Shown here one piece after another: positions 25,400 to 39,414 of a stretch of DNA of 64,000 bases. The notes below the pieces were generated by a model, which was not told the origin of the DNA, ran no database searches, and was given only the letters and a program-made list of their open reading frames with translations. Where the stretch lies: NCBI RefSeq assembly GCF_006345805.1, contig NC_043007.1, positions 68,200,001 through 68,264,000 on the forward strand, written 5' to 3'. Source of the stretch: Octopus sinensis (lineage: Eukaryota). The position numbers were made by a program, and so were the translations under genes. Every line of letters begins with the position of its first letter. The first letter of the stretch is position 1.

Positions 25400-26840
25400 T
25401 CACGAGAGAAGAAAAATATAACAAATGACAATTCCCGAGCTTCCTTTCTGAAGGTGTGCGTCAATGTTGTAGGTTTAGCTAAGGTGGGTTTTTTTCTGGG
25501 TGATGTGACTTGTATGAATGGACTGTATGCGGAGTTTTGGGTACTTTTCTTAAAAATAAGTGTAAAAATGTTTACTAAAAGTTCTCTGTAATGGTCCAAT
25601 GTCATTTGAGTATTTTTCTTTTAAGCCTGTGTATGAGATATTGTCTATGTATATTTTATATTTTCTGGTATGTTTGGGTGTGTTGGATCTATATATGGTG
25701 TGATAGGTTCATTTCTATTCATCAGTTCTACTAAGCTGGAGTTGTTCGTGTTGAATGCGGTTATGTTTATTACTGTAGCTGGGAGTAATGGCTGGGTGTT
25801 TGACTTTTGTGTGTTGGGGCATGCATGCAGGTGTTTTGTTGTTTTTGACGTCATGAAATCCATCCAGTTGCTCTCCACTTCTTTAGTTGCGGTTGGAGTT
25901 ATTTTTTCCGGGGCGTCTCTCTTTTGTAATTTTGTCTTTTCTCGCGCTATGACTGGTTGTGTTGTTTTGACGTGATGGTGATCGTCTCATTTCAGGTTAC
26001 TATGGCTTTGTCAGTTTGTGGGGAATTACTTGCCGTAGGGGTTGCTACTGGCGCTTTGTCTTGTGGGCATGCGGTTTTAATATGCCCTTTCATGCCGCAC
26101 TTGTAGCATCTTGGCTTTCGCTCCCACCTCTAATACTCTTAGTTTGGTTTAGTCCAGCAGTAAAATTTGATCTGGCAATTCTTCCAAGTCTTGCTGGTTG
26201 GTCTGGATTACCAGTTTTCGGCCTCGCCCTCCAGTTAAGCTAGTGCAGCCTGGCGATTTTATCCTCCAAGTTTAGCAGTTCAGCTGCCACCACCCACACC
26301 ACGTCGATTTCCGGTGGGACCTCTCCTATTTTGATTTTTGATGTCCGCTTGCCTAAATATGTTGGCAGCAGTACTAGCTCCGTTGTCTTTAGGGGAGTTG
26401 TCGAATGTTTATTGCCTTCTTCTTCTTCCAAAGAGAACCATGCTTTGACAGTTCCGAAGCGCTTTCCTCTGGCTATGTATATTATATTTTGCCATATCGG
26501 CTGTAGGTATTTTTCGATTACTTCTTTAGTAGCAATTTCAATTTTTTTTGTTTTGAGTGACAAGGTTTTAAACACGATTGTTTGTCTCTTTGTGATGTAT
26601 ATCACTTCACCAGGTGGGATCAGTTTTACATTGGTTCCCTCCTTTTGTATTAAAAACTTGTATTTCTCCAGATCGTCCGGGCCGACTTGCACTATTTCGC
26701 TCGTGATACTGGCCATAGACGCAAAATTAACTGTGTTATTACTTATTTTGTAGTTTCGTTTCCATTTGTGTTTCTTGTTCGGGTATATTATCCTTTGCCC
26801 TCGTTTCGCGACTTGAGAGGGGGGGAGCCTTTCCGGATAT
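25400..26840 (-). mobile_element. Tx1/L1-like LINE ORF1 (gag-like) remnant
   Basis: ORF 26240-26716 with RRM-like YLGKRTSKIKIGEVPPEID, then CCHC knuckle ERKPRCYKCGMKGHIKTACP (Cys to Cys 26108-26067) in another frame. Confidence 0.7.
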
Positions 26841-27473
26841 ATATATCAATAATATTAATACGCTAACTTTTTGTTTTTGTGCGTATCTGATATGTGTGTC
26901 ACACTTACTTCAAAGAAGTGGAAAAGCGAGAGAGAGGAAGACAGGGAGGAAGTAAGAGAGAAAGGGAGAGAGAGAGAGTGAGAGAGTAGATACATAAATA
27001 CAAAGAAAAGTTCATAGATACATAGACATAGCAAATATTGGATGGCAATTTCACTTTTCATTACTACACGACGATAAAAACTAACTTACAAATGGCTGAG
27101 TACTCCACAGACATGAATGACTTTAAGGGAGTTCTCAGGGATATTCAGCCTCACTCAGTTAAGACTGGCCCTTTTGAATTACAGCTACAACTCAAGATAT
27201 ATATATATATGAATGTATTTGTGTGTGTGTATAGTTTAGGTTAGTTAAAACATGTTTGCAATAATAAGTGTCGCGTGGTGGAAATGAACGCAATTACTAA
27301 ACTTTCATTCATAAATCCATTTATTATTTCATTCTTTTGCATTTCAATTTGTACATTTGTTTACTTGATTATGTACAAGCACATATGTAAAACGACGTCC
27401 TTTATTTCTTAAACATTAACTGCTATTATAGTCGGGACAGAGAACGAGTGAGAGAGGGAGTGAGAGTGAGAGG

Positions 27474-27521
<48 letters not shown>

Positions 27522-28247
27522 TGAGTGGTAACTCAAAGGAAAGTGGTGTTTGTTTTGTGTTTTTAACCAGAGCAAACATTGGATACCGTATCCTAAACAA
27601 AAACTGTCTAATACATTCGTATATGATTTTCAATTGGAACACTGAATCATTTTGGTCATTTATTGTTTAAATAGCAAGAGAAAACTTAGAGGGAAAGAGA
27701 GAGAGAGAAAGAGCTTGAAGACACAACTAAAACAATTCCAGTCAGTGGCAAAGCAACGGATAGGAAGAGAGAGAGAGAGGTTAGTGAACTCTCTGCCACT
27801 TAATGTCTGTCTGTCTGCCTCTCTCTCTATATATATATGTGTTTGTGTATGTGTGTCCATGAATATGTATGTTTGTATGTATATGATTGTGCGTGTTGCC
27901 GTTTTGAATTCCTTACTACGACTGACCTTATATTGCTATTAAAGGCCCAACTACACACGCACACACATTTGTTTTAACCCATTTCAACTGCCACCATACA
28001 CCAGATAACATGGTAAGTGTTTTGCTCCAAAATTTAAATTTCGAATTTCATTATAAAATTACACGTCAGCTAAAAAACATCATTCGGCTTTGGGATACAA
28101 CGTTGTCTTTTTCTTTCTATATCTTTAAGTTAGAGTTTCTGGCTCATTTGTTGATGCGTGTAAGTAAACAAAAATTAAAGGAAACACACAGATATATATA
28201 TATATATATAATATATATATATATTATATATATATATATATATAATA

Positions 28248-28299
<52 letters not shown>

Positions 28300-28300
28300 A

Positions 28301-28339
<39 letters not shown>

Positions 28340-28399
28340 ATATGAATGTATTTGCGTGTGTGCATAGTTTGGGTTAAAACATGTTTTAATAGCATGTTT

Positions 28400-29845
28400 T
28401 GAAATATGGATAATCGCATGAGAGACACAGTACGTGAGCGTCAGCGCAGAAGAAAAGAACGATTGCGTGAAGACCAGCAGGAGGAAATAAGGAATAAAAA
28501 TCGCGCGAGTGTGAGACACTGAAGAAACGAAATAAGTGAAGAGGAGAGGGAGCGTATCCTACGGCATAGGAGGGTAAGAAATCAGCAAACGATAGAACAA
28601 ATGAGCCAGGATCAAAGAGAAGTGTATTTTCAAAATAAGAGTGATAGATATCAAAGGAATCGAGAACACGAGCCACGAGCAAAGACAGCTGTTCTTAGAA
28701 AAATTTGAGAAACAGAGTTCAACAAAGAAGGAAAAATATGGAAGAAGCTGAAACACAGAATTATCTTAGGACAGACAAAGATCAAATAAGAAGACGGAAT
28801 ATAATAAAAGAACAATAACATTTTCAATTTGGGATTGGTGAGATGAACATAGTATGTCCGCACTGTCATGCATGTAGATTTCCGCAGGAAGCACTTAATT
28901 GTTGCCTTAATGGTAAGGTTTCCTTGCCAAATATACATAAATATATACAAGAAAAGAAACAACTTTTGGAGAATACCGACATTGAAGGAATGAACTTTTG
29001 ACAGAATATCAGAAACTATAATTCAATGTATTCATTCGCCTCATTTGGAGCCAATGTTACATTACCCCCTGGTCGTGGCCCAAACTGTTTCCGCTTGCAA
29101 GGACAAGTCTATCATCACGCAAGCAACTTACATCCTGAAAACAATGAACCTAGAAGAAATGCTTAACTCTATATTGTTGATTCTAAAGAAGCCTTACAAA
29201 CAAGAGCTGAAGTGCCTGAAAATATTAATTGCTTGCAGTCAGTAATGGAAAAGATTTCTTCAGTCATGCTGAATAATCCATATACTGCAGCATATTTAAA
29301 TATGCGCACTGTTGAACAAGAAGAAAAAGGAACAGCCAGAGAAAATGCTAATCCGAAGAAAGTAACTATGCATTTCATTTCAGGCCCAGATGCCAGGAGA
29401 TACAATAACCCTGTTCATAATAAAATTGCAGCTGTATTTGTAGGTGAAGATGGTGCACTTTCAGTTCATCGTGATATAATAATATATCCACAAGGTGAAT
29501 AAAGGCAGCAAATATCGTATCTCTCGCTGTATTTAGATCGTATGATTTATCCAATACTATTGGTTAGCACATAAGTATGGAACATGTGCAACAGAGGCAA
29601 ACCAGAGTTCGCAATAAAGTCACAATGCAACAATACTATTGTTATCGTTTAGCAATAAGGGATGAATTTAGTCCAATTCACAAATCAGGCAACCTAGTTC
29701 AGCAGTATATTGTTGATGCTTATATTAAAGTAGAAGTTTGTCGTCCGTATTATATCAGAAAGCATCAAAATTAATTAAGAGTTGATTTATATTCAGGGTT
29801 CATGGACCACTTGGGAAGAAATAATTATGATAGAGATCCTGGTGC
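28400..29845 (+). mobile_element. Helitron RepHel N-terminal remnant
   Basis: Broken frames give IG..NIVCPHCHACRFPQEALNCCLNGKV, QNIRNYNSMYSFASFGA, FRLQGQVYHH, RRYNNPVHNKIAAVFVGEDG, VTMQQYYCYRLAIR and GNLVQQYIVDAYIKVE. Confidence 0.9.
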
Positions 29846-29863
29846 CCCTGTTTTTCTTCCCTA

Positions 29864-29947
<84 letters not shown>

Positions 29948-29948
29948 G

Positions 29949-30021
<73 letters not shown>

Positions 30022-30344
30022 ATATACGGCTTGTTTTGAAGAAAACATTGAGATGAAATGTTTGTAATTGATTTCAATCCTGGTTTTAGCGTTGGTCAAA
30101 TTTTGACCATTCCATCTTTCTGTATATCTAGGTTTACGTTGTTCTTCTCATTTTAAGATAGTAGTATACAATTTTAAGGGATTTTGATTGCTATTTCTAG
30201 CAAGTCGAACAATCGCGTTAAGGCTCCTATATCGGGTGTGGTTGTACTTTACACTCATCTAGTTGCAGTTTTCGAAACATCAGAATTCACATCTCCTCAC
30301 GTTACTTTAATATATTTCATGATGTGAGCGTATTTCATATTCTT

Positions 30345-30540
30345 TCTAATTTTGGCACAAGGCCAACAGTTTTGAGGGAAGCGAGGAAGTCGATTATATT
30401 GACATCCAGTACCTGACTACTACTTTATTTTATTGAAGTCCGCCGAGTTGGTCTCACCGAGACTTGAACTCAGAACGTAAAGATTCGCAAGAAATGTTAC
30501 TAAGCATTTTTATCGATGCGTTAACCATTCTGCCACCCCA
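30345..30540 (-). mobile_element. SINE family A (diverged)
   Basis: ttttggcacaaggcc...aagtcgatta...ttgaactcagaacgtaaag...ttctgcca. Confidence 0.65.
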
Positions 30541-32514
30541 CTGTCTTAAGTGAACACGTTCAGCATGAATATTTATTACTACCGAGCATTTCTAGTGCCC
30601 TTGGCAACAAGTACTTTTCTCTATGTTGAATTTTATTTGGTTTTCTATAGAATTGTGTTCGAAATTTATTTTTTATTCGTCTATATTTCATTGCGTCAAA
30701 ATTATATTGACATCCATCAAATGAAGACATACTAGTGACTGCAATAATATATTTTCCTAAAATGTATATCCTATTAGATTCATGCTTCTTCAATACTTAG
30801 AGAGAAGATTATAGCAACAAGAACGACAATCAACGATGATGACGACAACGAAAATATCACATTTCAAATTGGATTTCACGCAGAGAATAAGATAACAAAC
30901 AAAATTGTTTCTGCTACAAAAAAGAAAAAAAAAACACAACAAAAATAAAACAGAAAAAATATATATATAAATAAAAAAAGATTTCGGACAAAGTGGTGAT
31001 TATTTTGTAACGTTGTGTAAAGCTTCATGTTAATGCTAGACGTAGCTTATGACCAACATTTTGGAACTCATGTCAAGCTGGGTAGCAAAACTGATCTGAT
31101 CATCTTTTGAAGCTGTTTCGTATAAGTTACAGACAAATACAACTGGAATTAAAAACAAAAACACAGCAAAACAACAACAACAACAACGCAGAAATTGCTA
31201 CTTCGAGTAATTCTTTCTGTTTAAAATATAAGCACTTCATGGGTAATCTAGCAGAACGATATAATTATGACCGTTGTGGAATAAAAGATAACGTAAGCAA
31301 CTATAACAAGAGGTTGCAACATGGTTTATGTTCTCGCTGGATCTGATTGCAGTTTTATTACAATTCGTTGCTATTATGCAAAAGTGTCGAAAGTCTAAAA
31401 CGTTGCTTTTTCAGAAAACGAAAATATAGTTTCACTATTCCATTTCGTTTTACATTAGCAACAGTTTCAGCTTAACAATCATACTTTGTTGGGTGCATGA
31501 AATCGTAACTCCATGCATGTATGATATTTTCAGTCAGAAATATATTTGCAAAACTGTCGTATGTGGGACTTATATATTTGAAAAATTCTAAGCTGTTGTA
31601 CTACACTTTGACAATTTTCATATTTTGGCATCTGAATTAGCAGGAGATACGATAGTTTGACCAAAATAACCGGCTATTGCAAGCAGAATTAAATGTTGAA
31701 AAAAAAAAAAAAAGAAAAAACACGCATTTGGCCAAATTTGGACATACGATAGTTTAATATAACGAATTATACACTGAAATAAGCGAATATTGATTGTTCA
31801 GTTACAAAGTATTTTCCGAGCTAGAATGATGAATCTCTGTGCAGGGTTACTAGAAAGTTGTAAATGAAGTAGAGGGAGTAATAAGGAAAAGAAAGAAATG
31901 AAAGAAAATAACTGTTGATGGCTCTAATTCACAGCACTTGGTTACAAAAGCCAATTATCGCCGCTTATATTGTTGGCGACTTATAAAAAAGAATGGAAAC
32001 ATCGATTTATTCTCCTGTAAAATATACATATTTTTGTTCAAAGTTGGAACTAAACTGTAGCATATTTAGGACTGTGAGGTCGGTGCTTAATAACATTTCA
32101 ATACCGGATTTGAGTTCTTATAGTTTTACTCCGACACGTTTAAGTTCTTGTGAATGCATTTTTTTCACTATTTCATTTGCTATACTTTTCTTCCCCTCAG
32201 TGCTTGTGATGGAGGCTAATAAAACCAGTACCCTGCTTTTACTCATTCTTTTATACACCAATGTACACCTTCTCGACTCTCCCATTCTTTGACCCAGCGA
32301 TAAATCCAGAATATGACAAATGGATAGAGAGAGTGCTGCATCAGCAATCACGTGCATTCGTATTAAGCTGAGAAGACTAGAGATACGTGAAATGAAGTGC
32401 CTTGCCGCCTAACCCTGGATTTGAAACTGCGACATTATGATTGTGATCGGAGCTCCATAACCACTAAGCCACATGCCCTCCCATAAATGAAATAAGAATT
32501 ACTAATATATTGAT

Positions 32515-32725
32515 TTCAAATTTTAGTACAAGACCAGTAATTTCGGGGGAAGAAGTAAGTCGATCACATCAGACCCAGTGTTCAACTGGTACTTATTCTA
32601 TCGACTCCAAAAGGAGGAAAGGCAAAGTGGTCCCCGGCAGATTTTGAACTCAGAACGTGAAGGCGGACAAAATGCCACTAAGCTTTTTTCCCCGGCGTGC
32701 TAACGATTCTGCCAGCACACCGCAT
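32515..32725 (-). mobile_element. SINE family A
   Basis: aaggaggaaaggcaaagt...ttgaactcagaacgtgaa...gctaacgattctgccagc. Confidence 0.75.
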
Positions 32726-33170
32726 TAAAAATTACTAATATACTGGTATAAATTAAAAAAACCTACCGTATTTAAAAGTCTATTAGTATGGCGCTAGTGA
32801 AGTTAGCCAAATAGTAACGGTGTCCTCATATAGCTAATACTTTATCGCTTTCCGTAGTTACCACCGGGGTTTCAATTGTTGCATTCTGTGCGTTTGCTAT
32901 TGAGACTTTTTTCGAATCGTAAATGTTGATGGTTTCTTTGACTGCATCATGTACTTCTCCGTATTCAGACCAGTTTAGTCGTTTGGCATTTCATTCGAGA
33001 AGTTTTTTCTTTGTAAGAATCGGAAAAATATAACATGTCTCTAATAAACGAGGGAATAAAACTTTTAAAAAATGGTAGACACAAAAATAAGACACAAACG
33101 AACCTTTAAAACCCGCTGTCAGTCGTGTGACGGCACTAATTACAGTGTTAATAATAATTTCTGACATAGG

Positions 33171-33663
33171 CAACAACAACTATTGACGGTGTATATTTCG
33201 TTTGACGCTGTTATTTATGACATCGTTCGTGCGTTTGTACTGGTTTTAGCTTTAGGGTTTTCGGGTTAGAGTTTTCGGGTTAGGGTTTTAGGGTTAGGGT
33301 TAGGATTTTAGGATTAGAGTTAGGGTTAAGGTTTTAGAGTTAGGTTTAGGGTTAGGATTTTAGGATTAGAGTTAGGGTTAAGGTTTTAGGATTAAGGTTA
33401 GGGTTAGGGTTTTAGGGTTAGAGTTACGGAAAAAAGCGAAAAATGAAGAAATTGGAGGAGGAGGGGGGCAAAAAATCTTTCCGAAAATAGTTGCTTAAAA
33501 ACAGAAAAAAACTAAAAGCAGTAGAAATGCACGAACGATTATGGTGGTGCTATAAATTAAAATGCTTCAGATACACTCGTATATTCATACAAACGTAACT
33601 GAGATGAGATATGTCATAAATAACAGTGACAAACGAAATATACACCACCGAAAGTTGTTGTTG
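33171..33663. mobile_element. Inverted-repeat element enclosing a degenerate (TTAGGG)n array
   Basis: caacaac..ggtgtatatttcgtttg..gctgttatttatgacat vs atgtcataaataacag..caaacgaaatatacacc..gttgttg; second IR pair cgttcgtgc / gcacgaacg; telomere-like repeats at about 33245-33426. Confidence 0.7.
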
Positions 33664-36124
33664 ACAAACAACAGCAGTAATTTTATTCAGCTGAATACAC
33701 GTCATTGATTGGTTGAAATTACCAAAATACGACAACTTTAACACGAAATAACTTTGAAAATAGAAACTTTTCTCAACAACACTAAGAGTAAAAGATGTTT
33801 TATATGACACATTCTACCAGTGTCCGAAGTCTGGAAGTGTTTAGTTACAAAAAATTAATTACTCGATCTGCCGTTGAAAGGGAAAAGATCTTTTAAGACT
33901 GCTACTTAATTTTACTCAACCTGAGAGGATGAAAGGCAAAGTTAACCTCGGCGGGATTTGAACTCAGAACGTCGTAATGCGGAATAAGTATCATTTTCTC
34001 GACATGCCAGTTTTTAGCCACCTCTAAACAATGGTTTCAAATTTCGGCATAAAGCCAACAGTTTTGAATGAAATGGGTAAGGAGATACGATACTTGAACG
34101 GTATTTATAGCGACGTCGTGGTGAGGAGAGGCAAAGACCCTGCTAAAATTTGAACTCAAAGCGTAATGAGTTGGTCGAAAGAAAGCATTTTATTCGGTCT
34201 TCTATCTGATTTTTTATTACCCACAAGGGGCGATGCAGATGGGACATTACAAAACATTGGGGACATAGAACATTATAATTAATACTATGGAAAATGAATT
34301 TTAAATGAAAAAATGGTAATATGAAAGCGATGCTAACGGCCCCATCCGCTAGCATCACTTACCTGTCCTTCACAACCCTTCGTCACCTATCATCTCCAAT
34401 CAAAAGCCCCTCCTTTCTTATCGGTCTTCTAACTATTCTGACAGCTTGCTACCCTCTGCCACCCGTAGTTAATTACGTCGTTTAACACTTTTGGAATAAA
34501 ACCATATAATGTGCCAAAGGATGTGTTCGATTGTAGCAAATGACTGGTATGTATTTTAGTGAGCTCAAAAGAAAGCTTTCCCTTTCAACGAATTGATTTG
34601 TGTTCTATGAATGAAATAAATACAAGAAACAAAAACGAGTAACATAAATACTATAAAAATATGCGAAACAAATTTATCAGATATGTGTAAATAAATTATG
34701 ATTAAAAAAACCAAGTTATTATTGGAAAGAAATGTTAGGAAAATGAAAATGATATTACAAAATTGAATTAGAGACGCTTGGAATTATCTTAAGTAACATC
34801 TTAAAAGAAAAATAAATTAAAACAGAGAGGAGATTCTAGTTCTTATCTCAGAAAAGAATGCTTAAAAGTTTCGTTTTGAGTACTGAAATCTAAATGCGTC
34901 AATTAACTCATTCCAGTTTTCCATTTTATAAATCAAAATCTCAATAAGACATAGAAAGAAGATAATGGAGAGAAGAACAGTGGAAAGAAATTAGAAAAAG
35001 AGATAGAGAGATTGACAAACGTATACATTCTAATGTATTTACCGATGTTTATTTGCTCATAAGTGTTAATATCGTTGTAATTCTACTAAATGCACCTCTT
35101 CGAGTTTCTCCTCTGTTCACCTATCTCCTTCTTCAGCTGCTGCCATCGTTACCGTTTTTGTTTGCCATGGGAATATAATGGATAAACCACGTTGTTGACA
35201 CCAATATCTGTTAGAATCTCACGATCTTTGTAACCCTACTGATTGTTGTTTTTATTTTCAATCCTCTCTGAGGTATTCAGAGTTGCTAGAGAACCATTAT
35301 GCCACTTGTTTTATCAGCAAGATGTATGATATATTAACAATAGAAAGAAAATAAATGTTGATAGAACTACATTACAATTATGTTTAATATGAACTTCAAC
35401 TGGCGTTTATTCCGATATAGATTTAGATACTGAAAAGACAAAAAGCAAAAAATATTTCGCCAATAAAAGCCTGGTCCTACATAAATATTCTTATTTTTTC
35501 TTTCTTGTCCTATAAAATATGTTCCTGTGTGATTATTTATTTCCAGAATTGTCACTTTTAACATACCTCTCACGTTAAACAACATCACTAAATTTGCGTT
35601 ATGATTTTTATATTTAGCTTTTGTTGATCGTATAAATATATAGATGTATACTTGTAAACATTTTCATATATACCGACATGCGCGCGTATGTTTGTGTGTG
35701 TATCAGTGTGGTGTGTATGTGTGTGTGTGTGTGTGTGTGTGTTGTGTGTGTGTGTGTGAGTGTATACCAGTGCGTACAAACATACACAATAGAGACAGGA
35801 ACATGCATACAACAGCGAGCGAGCAAAGGAGAGAAGAGAGAGAGAGAGGGTAAGAGAGAGACAAGTATATGATTTATAAACCTCACACAGGGCAACATGT
35901 ACGTACGCGTATATATGTGTCTGTATGTGTACGTACGTAGTTGAGAGAATTCTGGATGACGTACGAGCGAGTACATATTAGGGTAACAACATTGAAAATC
36001 ATATAAGCAAAGAAAGGCGATTACGAAGTAATTTCCAATCCCAACGGTTATTTAGAAAACTTACTGTTCAGAATATCAATAATGGGCAGCATATTTACTT
36101 CGTAAATCTTGATATATATATATG

Positions 36125-36166
<42 letters not shown>

Positions 36167-36215
36167 TATATATATATAGTATGTATGTATATATGTATGC
36201 ATGTATGTATGTATG

Positions 36216-36260
<45 letters not shown>

Positions 36261-36556
36261 CCATCTTCCATTGTCTTCAAATCCTCACCCCCAAAAGTCA
36301 AAACAAAAACAATGTCCTCTTATAAACAGAATCCCCCCCAAAACATCTGTTTTATATATATAAGCAAGATATTTACAAAATTGTATTTGTCAAGTTCGAA
36401 AGACGAACGAAAGCGCTGATCTGAAAATGAAGATATAAAAAAGAAAAAAAAGTACTTTCCAAAATTCTGACGACTTTTTATCAATATTCAATTCTGTATA
36501 TCACACCTCACATTCTACACACACACAGACATATATATATATATGTTTATATATAG

Positions 36557-36626
<70 letters not shown>

Positions 36627-36685
36627 TATGTATGTATATATATATATATTATATATATATATATATATATGTTTATATATGTATG

Positions 36686-36840
36686 TAGGAGTGGCTGCGT
36701 GGTAGTAGCTTACGAATCACATGGTCCCGGGTTCAGTTGAACTTCGTGGCACTTAGGGCAATGTCTTCTACTAGAACTTCGGGCTGATCACAGCTTTGTG
36801 AGGGGATTTAATAGACGGAAACTGCAAGAAGCCTGCCATA
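36686..36840 (+). mobile_element. SINE family B 5' part
   Basis: ggagtggctgcgtggtag...cccgggttcag...gtcttctacta...gacggaaactgcaagaagcc. Confidence 0.75.
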
Positions 36841-36856
36841 TATATGTATATATATG

Positions 36857-36893
<37 letters not shown>

Positions 36894-36894
36894 T

Positions 36895-37414
36895 AAAAAT
36901 AAGTCTCCACAAACAAACAGAATTTGTAACCCGTATATGGTAAAGAGAAAGAAGACAACGAAATCCCAGCCTATTGGATTCATTATGGACGAATTCGTTT
37001 CTGGATTAGAATCGAAAGTTCATTTCCTTGTCAACATAATATTTCCTATAAATCTAGAAATGCTAGGAAAAAAACTCACCCATTACATCAACTCGACCAG
37101 GCGACATCGAACGATATAACGGTATGCCAGCATCTCCACAAGCGAATTCATGTCTCTCTCCAAAATCACCACGTGAGTTACAAAAACAGTACCAACGAAA
37201 CAAAGGACCAGAAACGAATTCGTCCATAATTAATCCAATAGGCTGGGATTTCGTTGTCTTCTTTCTCTTTACCATATACGGGTTACAAATTCTGTTTGTT
37301 TGTGGAGACTTATTTTTTCTAGTAGTAGAAATAGTGACCTATTTGGCTGCTATTTCTAATATTTTCGGTATGTGGTTTTGAGCAACTTGTTGCAATTAAC
37401 CCTTTATTATAATT
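36895..37414. mobile_element. Fold-back element between (TA)n tracts carrying a U3-A8 HHR
   Basis: Near-perfect ~110-bp arms at 36895-37004 and 37208-37316; HHR on minus at 36982-37040. Confidence 0.8.
36982..37040 (-). ncRNA. Type I HHR motif with U3-A8 core
   Basis: attatg-TTGACAA-gga...tcc-a-GAAA-cgaattcg-TC-cataat: perfect 6-bp stem I, palindromic stem III, GUC triplet. Confidence 0.7.
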
Positions 37415-37546
37415 AATATATATATATACATATGTGTATATATATATATGCATGTATATATGTGTATGTGTATATATGTATATATATATGTACATATGTA
37501 TATACATATACATATTTATGTATACATGTATATGTATATATATGCT

Positions 37547-37881
37547 GAGAACCCTTCGGTCATGACTGACCATGGGATTGCACCTACAGATTTATCCTCC
37601 CAGGCACAAATCCGGGCAAGGTTGTTTATGAAAGACCAGCAGTCACCCATGCATACTGGCCTCCCCTCTCCACGCCACCAGTGTTATCCAAGGGAAAAGC
37701 AAAGGCCGATACAGCTAGGCACCTGTGATGTCGCAACACATTTCTACAGCTGAGTGAACTGGAGCAACGTGAAATAAAGTGTCTTGCTCAAGAACACAAC
37801 ACGCAGCTCGGTCCAGGATTCGAACTCAGAACCTTACGATCGTAAGCTCAACGCTCTAACCACTGAGTCATGCACATTCAC
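37547..37881 (-). mobile_element. SINE family C
   Basis: Homologous to 5528-5857 and 57365-57699. Confidence 0.85.
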
Positions 37882-37896
37882 ACACGCACACACACA

Positions 37897-37937
<41 letters not shown>

Positions 37938-37959
37938 TACATATATATATGGAAAAAAG

Positions 37960-38340
37960 TCAAGGTAGAAAATGCTAAAATAATTTTATAAAAGGCATTT
38001 CAGTACCGCTTTCAGTCATTGAGACTTTTTCAACTGCAAATATGGAAAACAATTAAATTTTGGAAGAGTTAAAAGAAAAGTTTTTTTAAAGAATATTTTT
38101 AAAAGAGTATTCAAATACAACGGGCATTTTCCTTGTTTCTGCCTGACTCTGTCTCTCTTGTGGGCTGGAGGTCGTTGTGAATTCTTGGCAGAGAAGGAGA
38201 AGAAGAAGAAGAAGAAGAAGAGGAGGAGGAGGGGAAGACGAATGCGGGAGTGCCATGATAGTAGTGGGATGTTAAATGGTCAAGTGCCCTGAAAGTGACT
38301 TGTTGTGGATGGTAGTATTGACTGAATTCTTGAAACATCT
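37960..38340 (-). mobile_element. Penelope-like 3' region, same family as 16030-16870, with U3-A8 HHR at 38001-38036
   Basis: Shares ccaagaattcacaacgac...ggcagaaacaaggaaaatg; minus cag-TTGAAAA-agtc-tcaat-gact-GAAA-gcgg-TA-ctg. Confidence 0.75.
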
Positions 38341-38997
38341 CGTAAATATAAGGGGATTAAATTAAAATAACTTATTACTAGTGGCTAGCATGCATAAATA
38401 AAAGTCATAAGACAACATATTTTAAAAAATATAAGAGTGCATAAAATATGTTCATACACAGAGAGGAGAACCTTGACAAGACTCCTTACAAAAGGGCAGT
38501 TAAACTCCAAACCACGAAAAAAAAAAATGAGACACGCTGTTATAAAACTGGAACAAACAAAAAATGAATTAGAAAATCCTGAACTCAAGTTACATTATTA
38601 ATCGCTAAATAAAGTAATTTCGAATCTGTAGATTGTCAGCGGGATCGTTAATTAATGAACAATTATGTAGATGCAAAAACGTACCGAAAACACATGAGCA
38701 AGACAGACACATCTTTATCCATTATGAATTCGAACTTAGTGCGCGAGCTTAAGCATATAGTCCAGCAGTAGATAAACATAATTAAAACTGTGTCCTATAT
38801 AGCCCCAGAAGTATAAGTAATACTATCGTAAATATGAGGGTAATAAATTAAAATAATTTATTACCAGTGGTTAGTATGCATAAATATGCACAAGTAAATG
38901 TATACTTATCTTACGCACGTGTTTTCGGTATGTATGTGCAACAACATAATCTAAAGATTCCAAATTACTTTATTTGGCAATTAATAGAGAACCTATT

Positions 38998-39082
<85 letters not shown>

Positions 39083-39090
39083 TATATATT

Positions 39091-39121
<31 letters not shown>

Positions 39122-39414
39122 GTATATATATATATATTTATATATATGTATATATACATATATATTTATATATACATATTTATATATATTTATGTATATC
39201 TATTTATATATACATAGTTATATATATATGCATAACTGTCTATCTATTTATCTATAATTTTATTCTATTTATCTATTTAAAAAAAATTTGATTTGCAAAT
39301 ATTATACTAATGTGTTTTCATGCAGAACTACATTTTATCCAAAAAATTCTCACCAAAATTGAATGTTTGAAAGAAAAGGGGAGAGAGTAAATTTTGTATT
39401 CTAAATATACTACT

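Noticed and set aside
32000-32340. Possible LINE AP-endonuclease remnant on the minus strand
   Set aside because: Only faint similarity (HRPHS); not supportable
33245-33426. True telomere or chromosome fusion site
   Set aside because: Short, degenerate, single orientation and enclosed by inverted repeats
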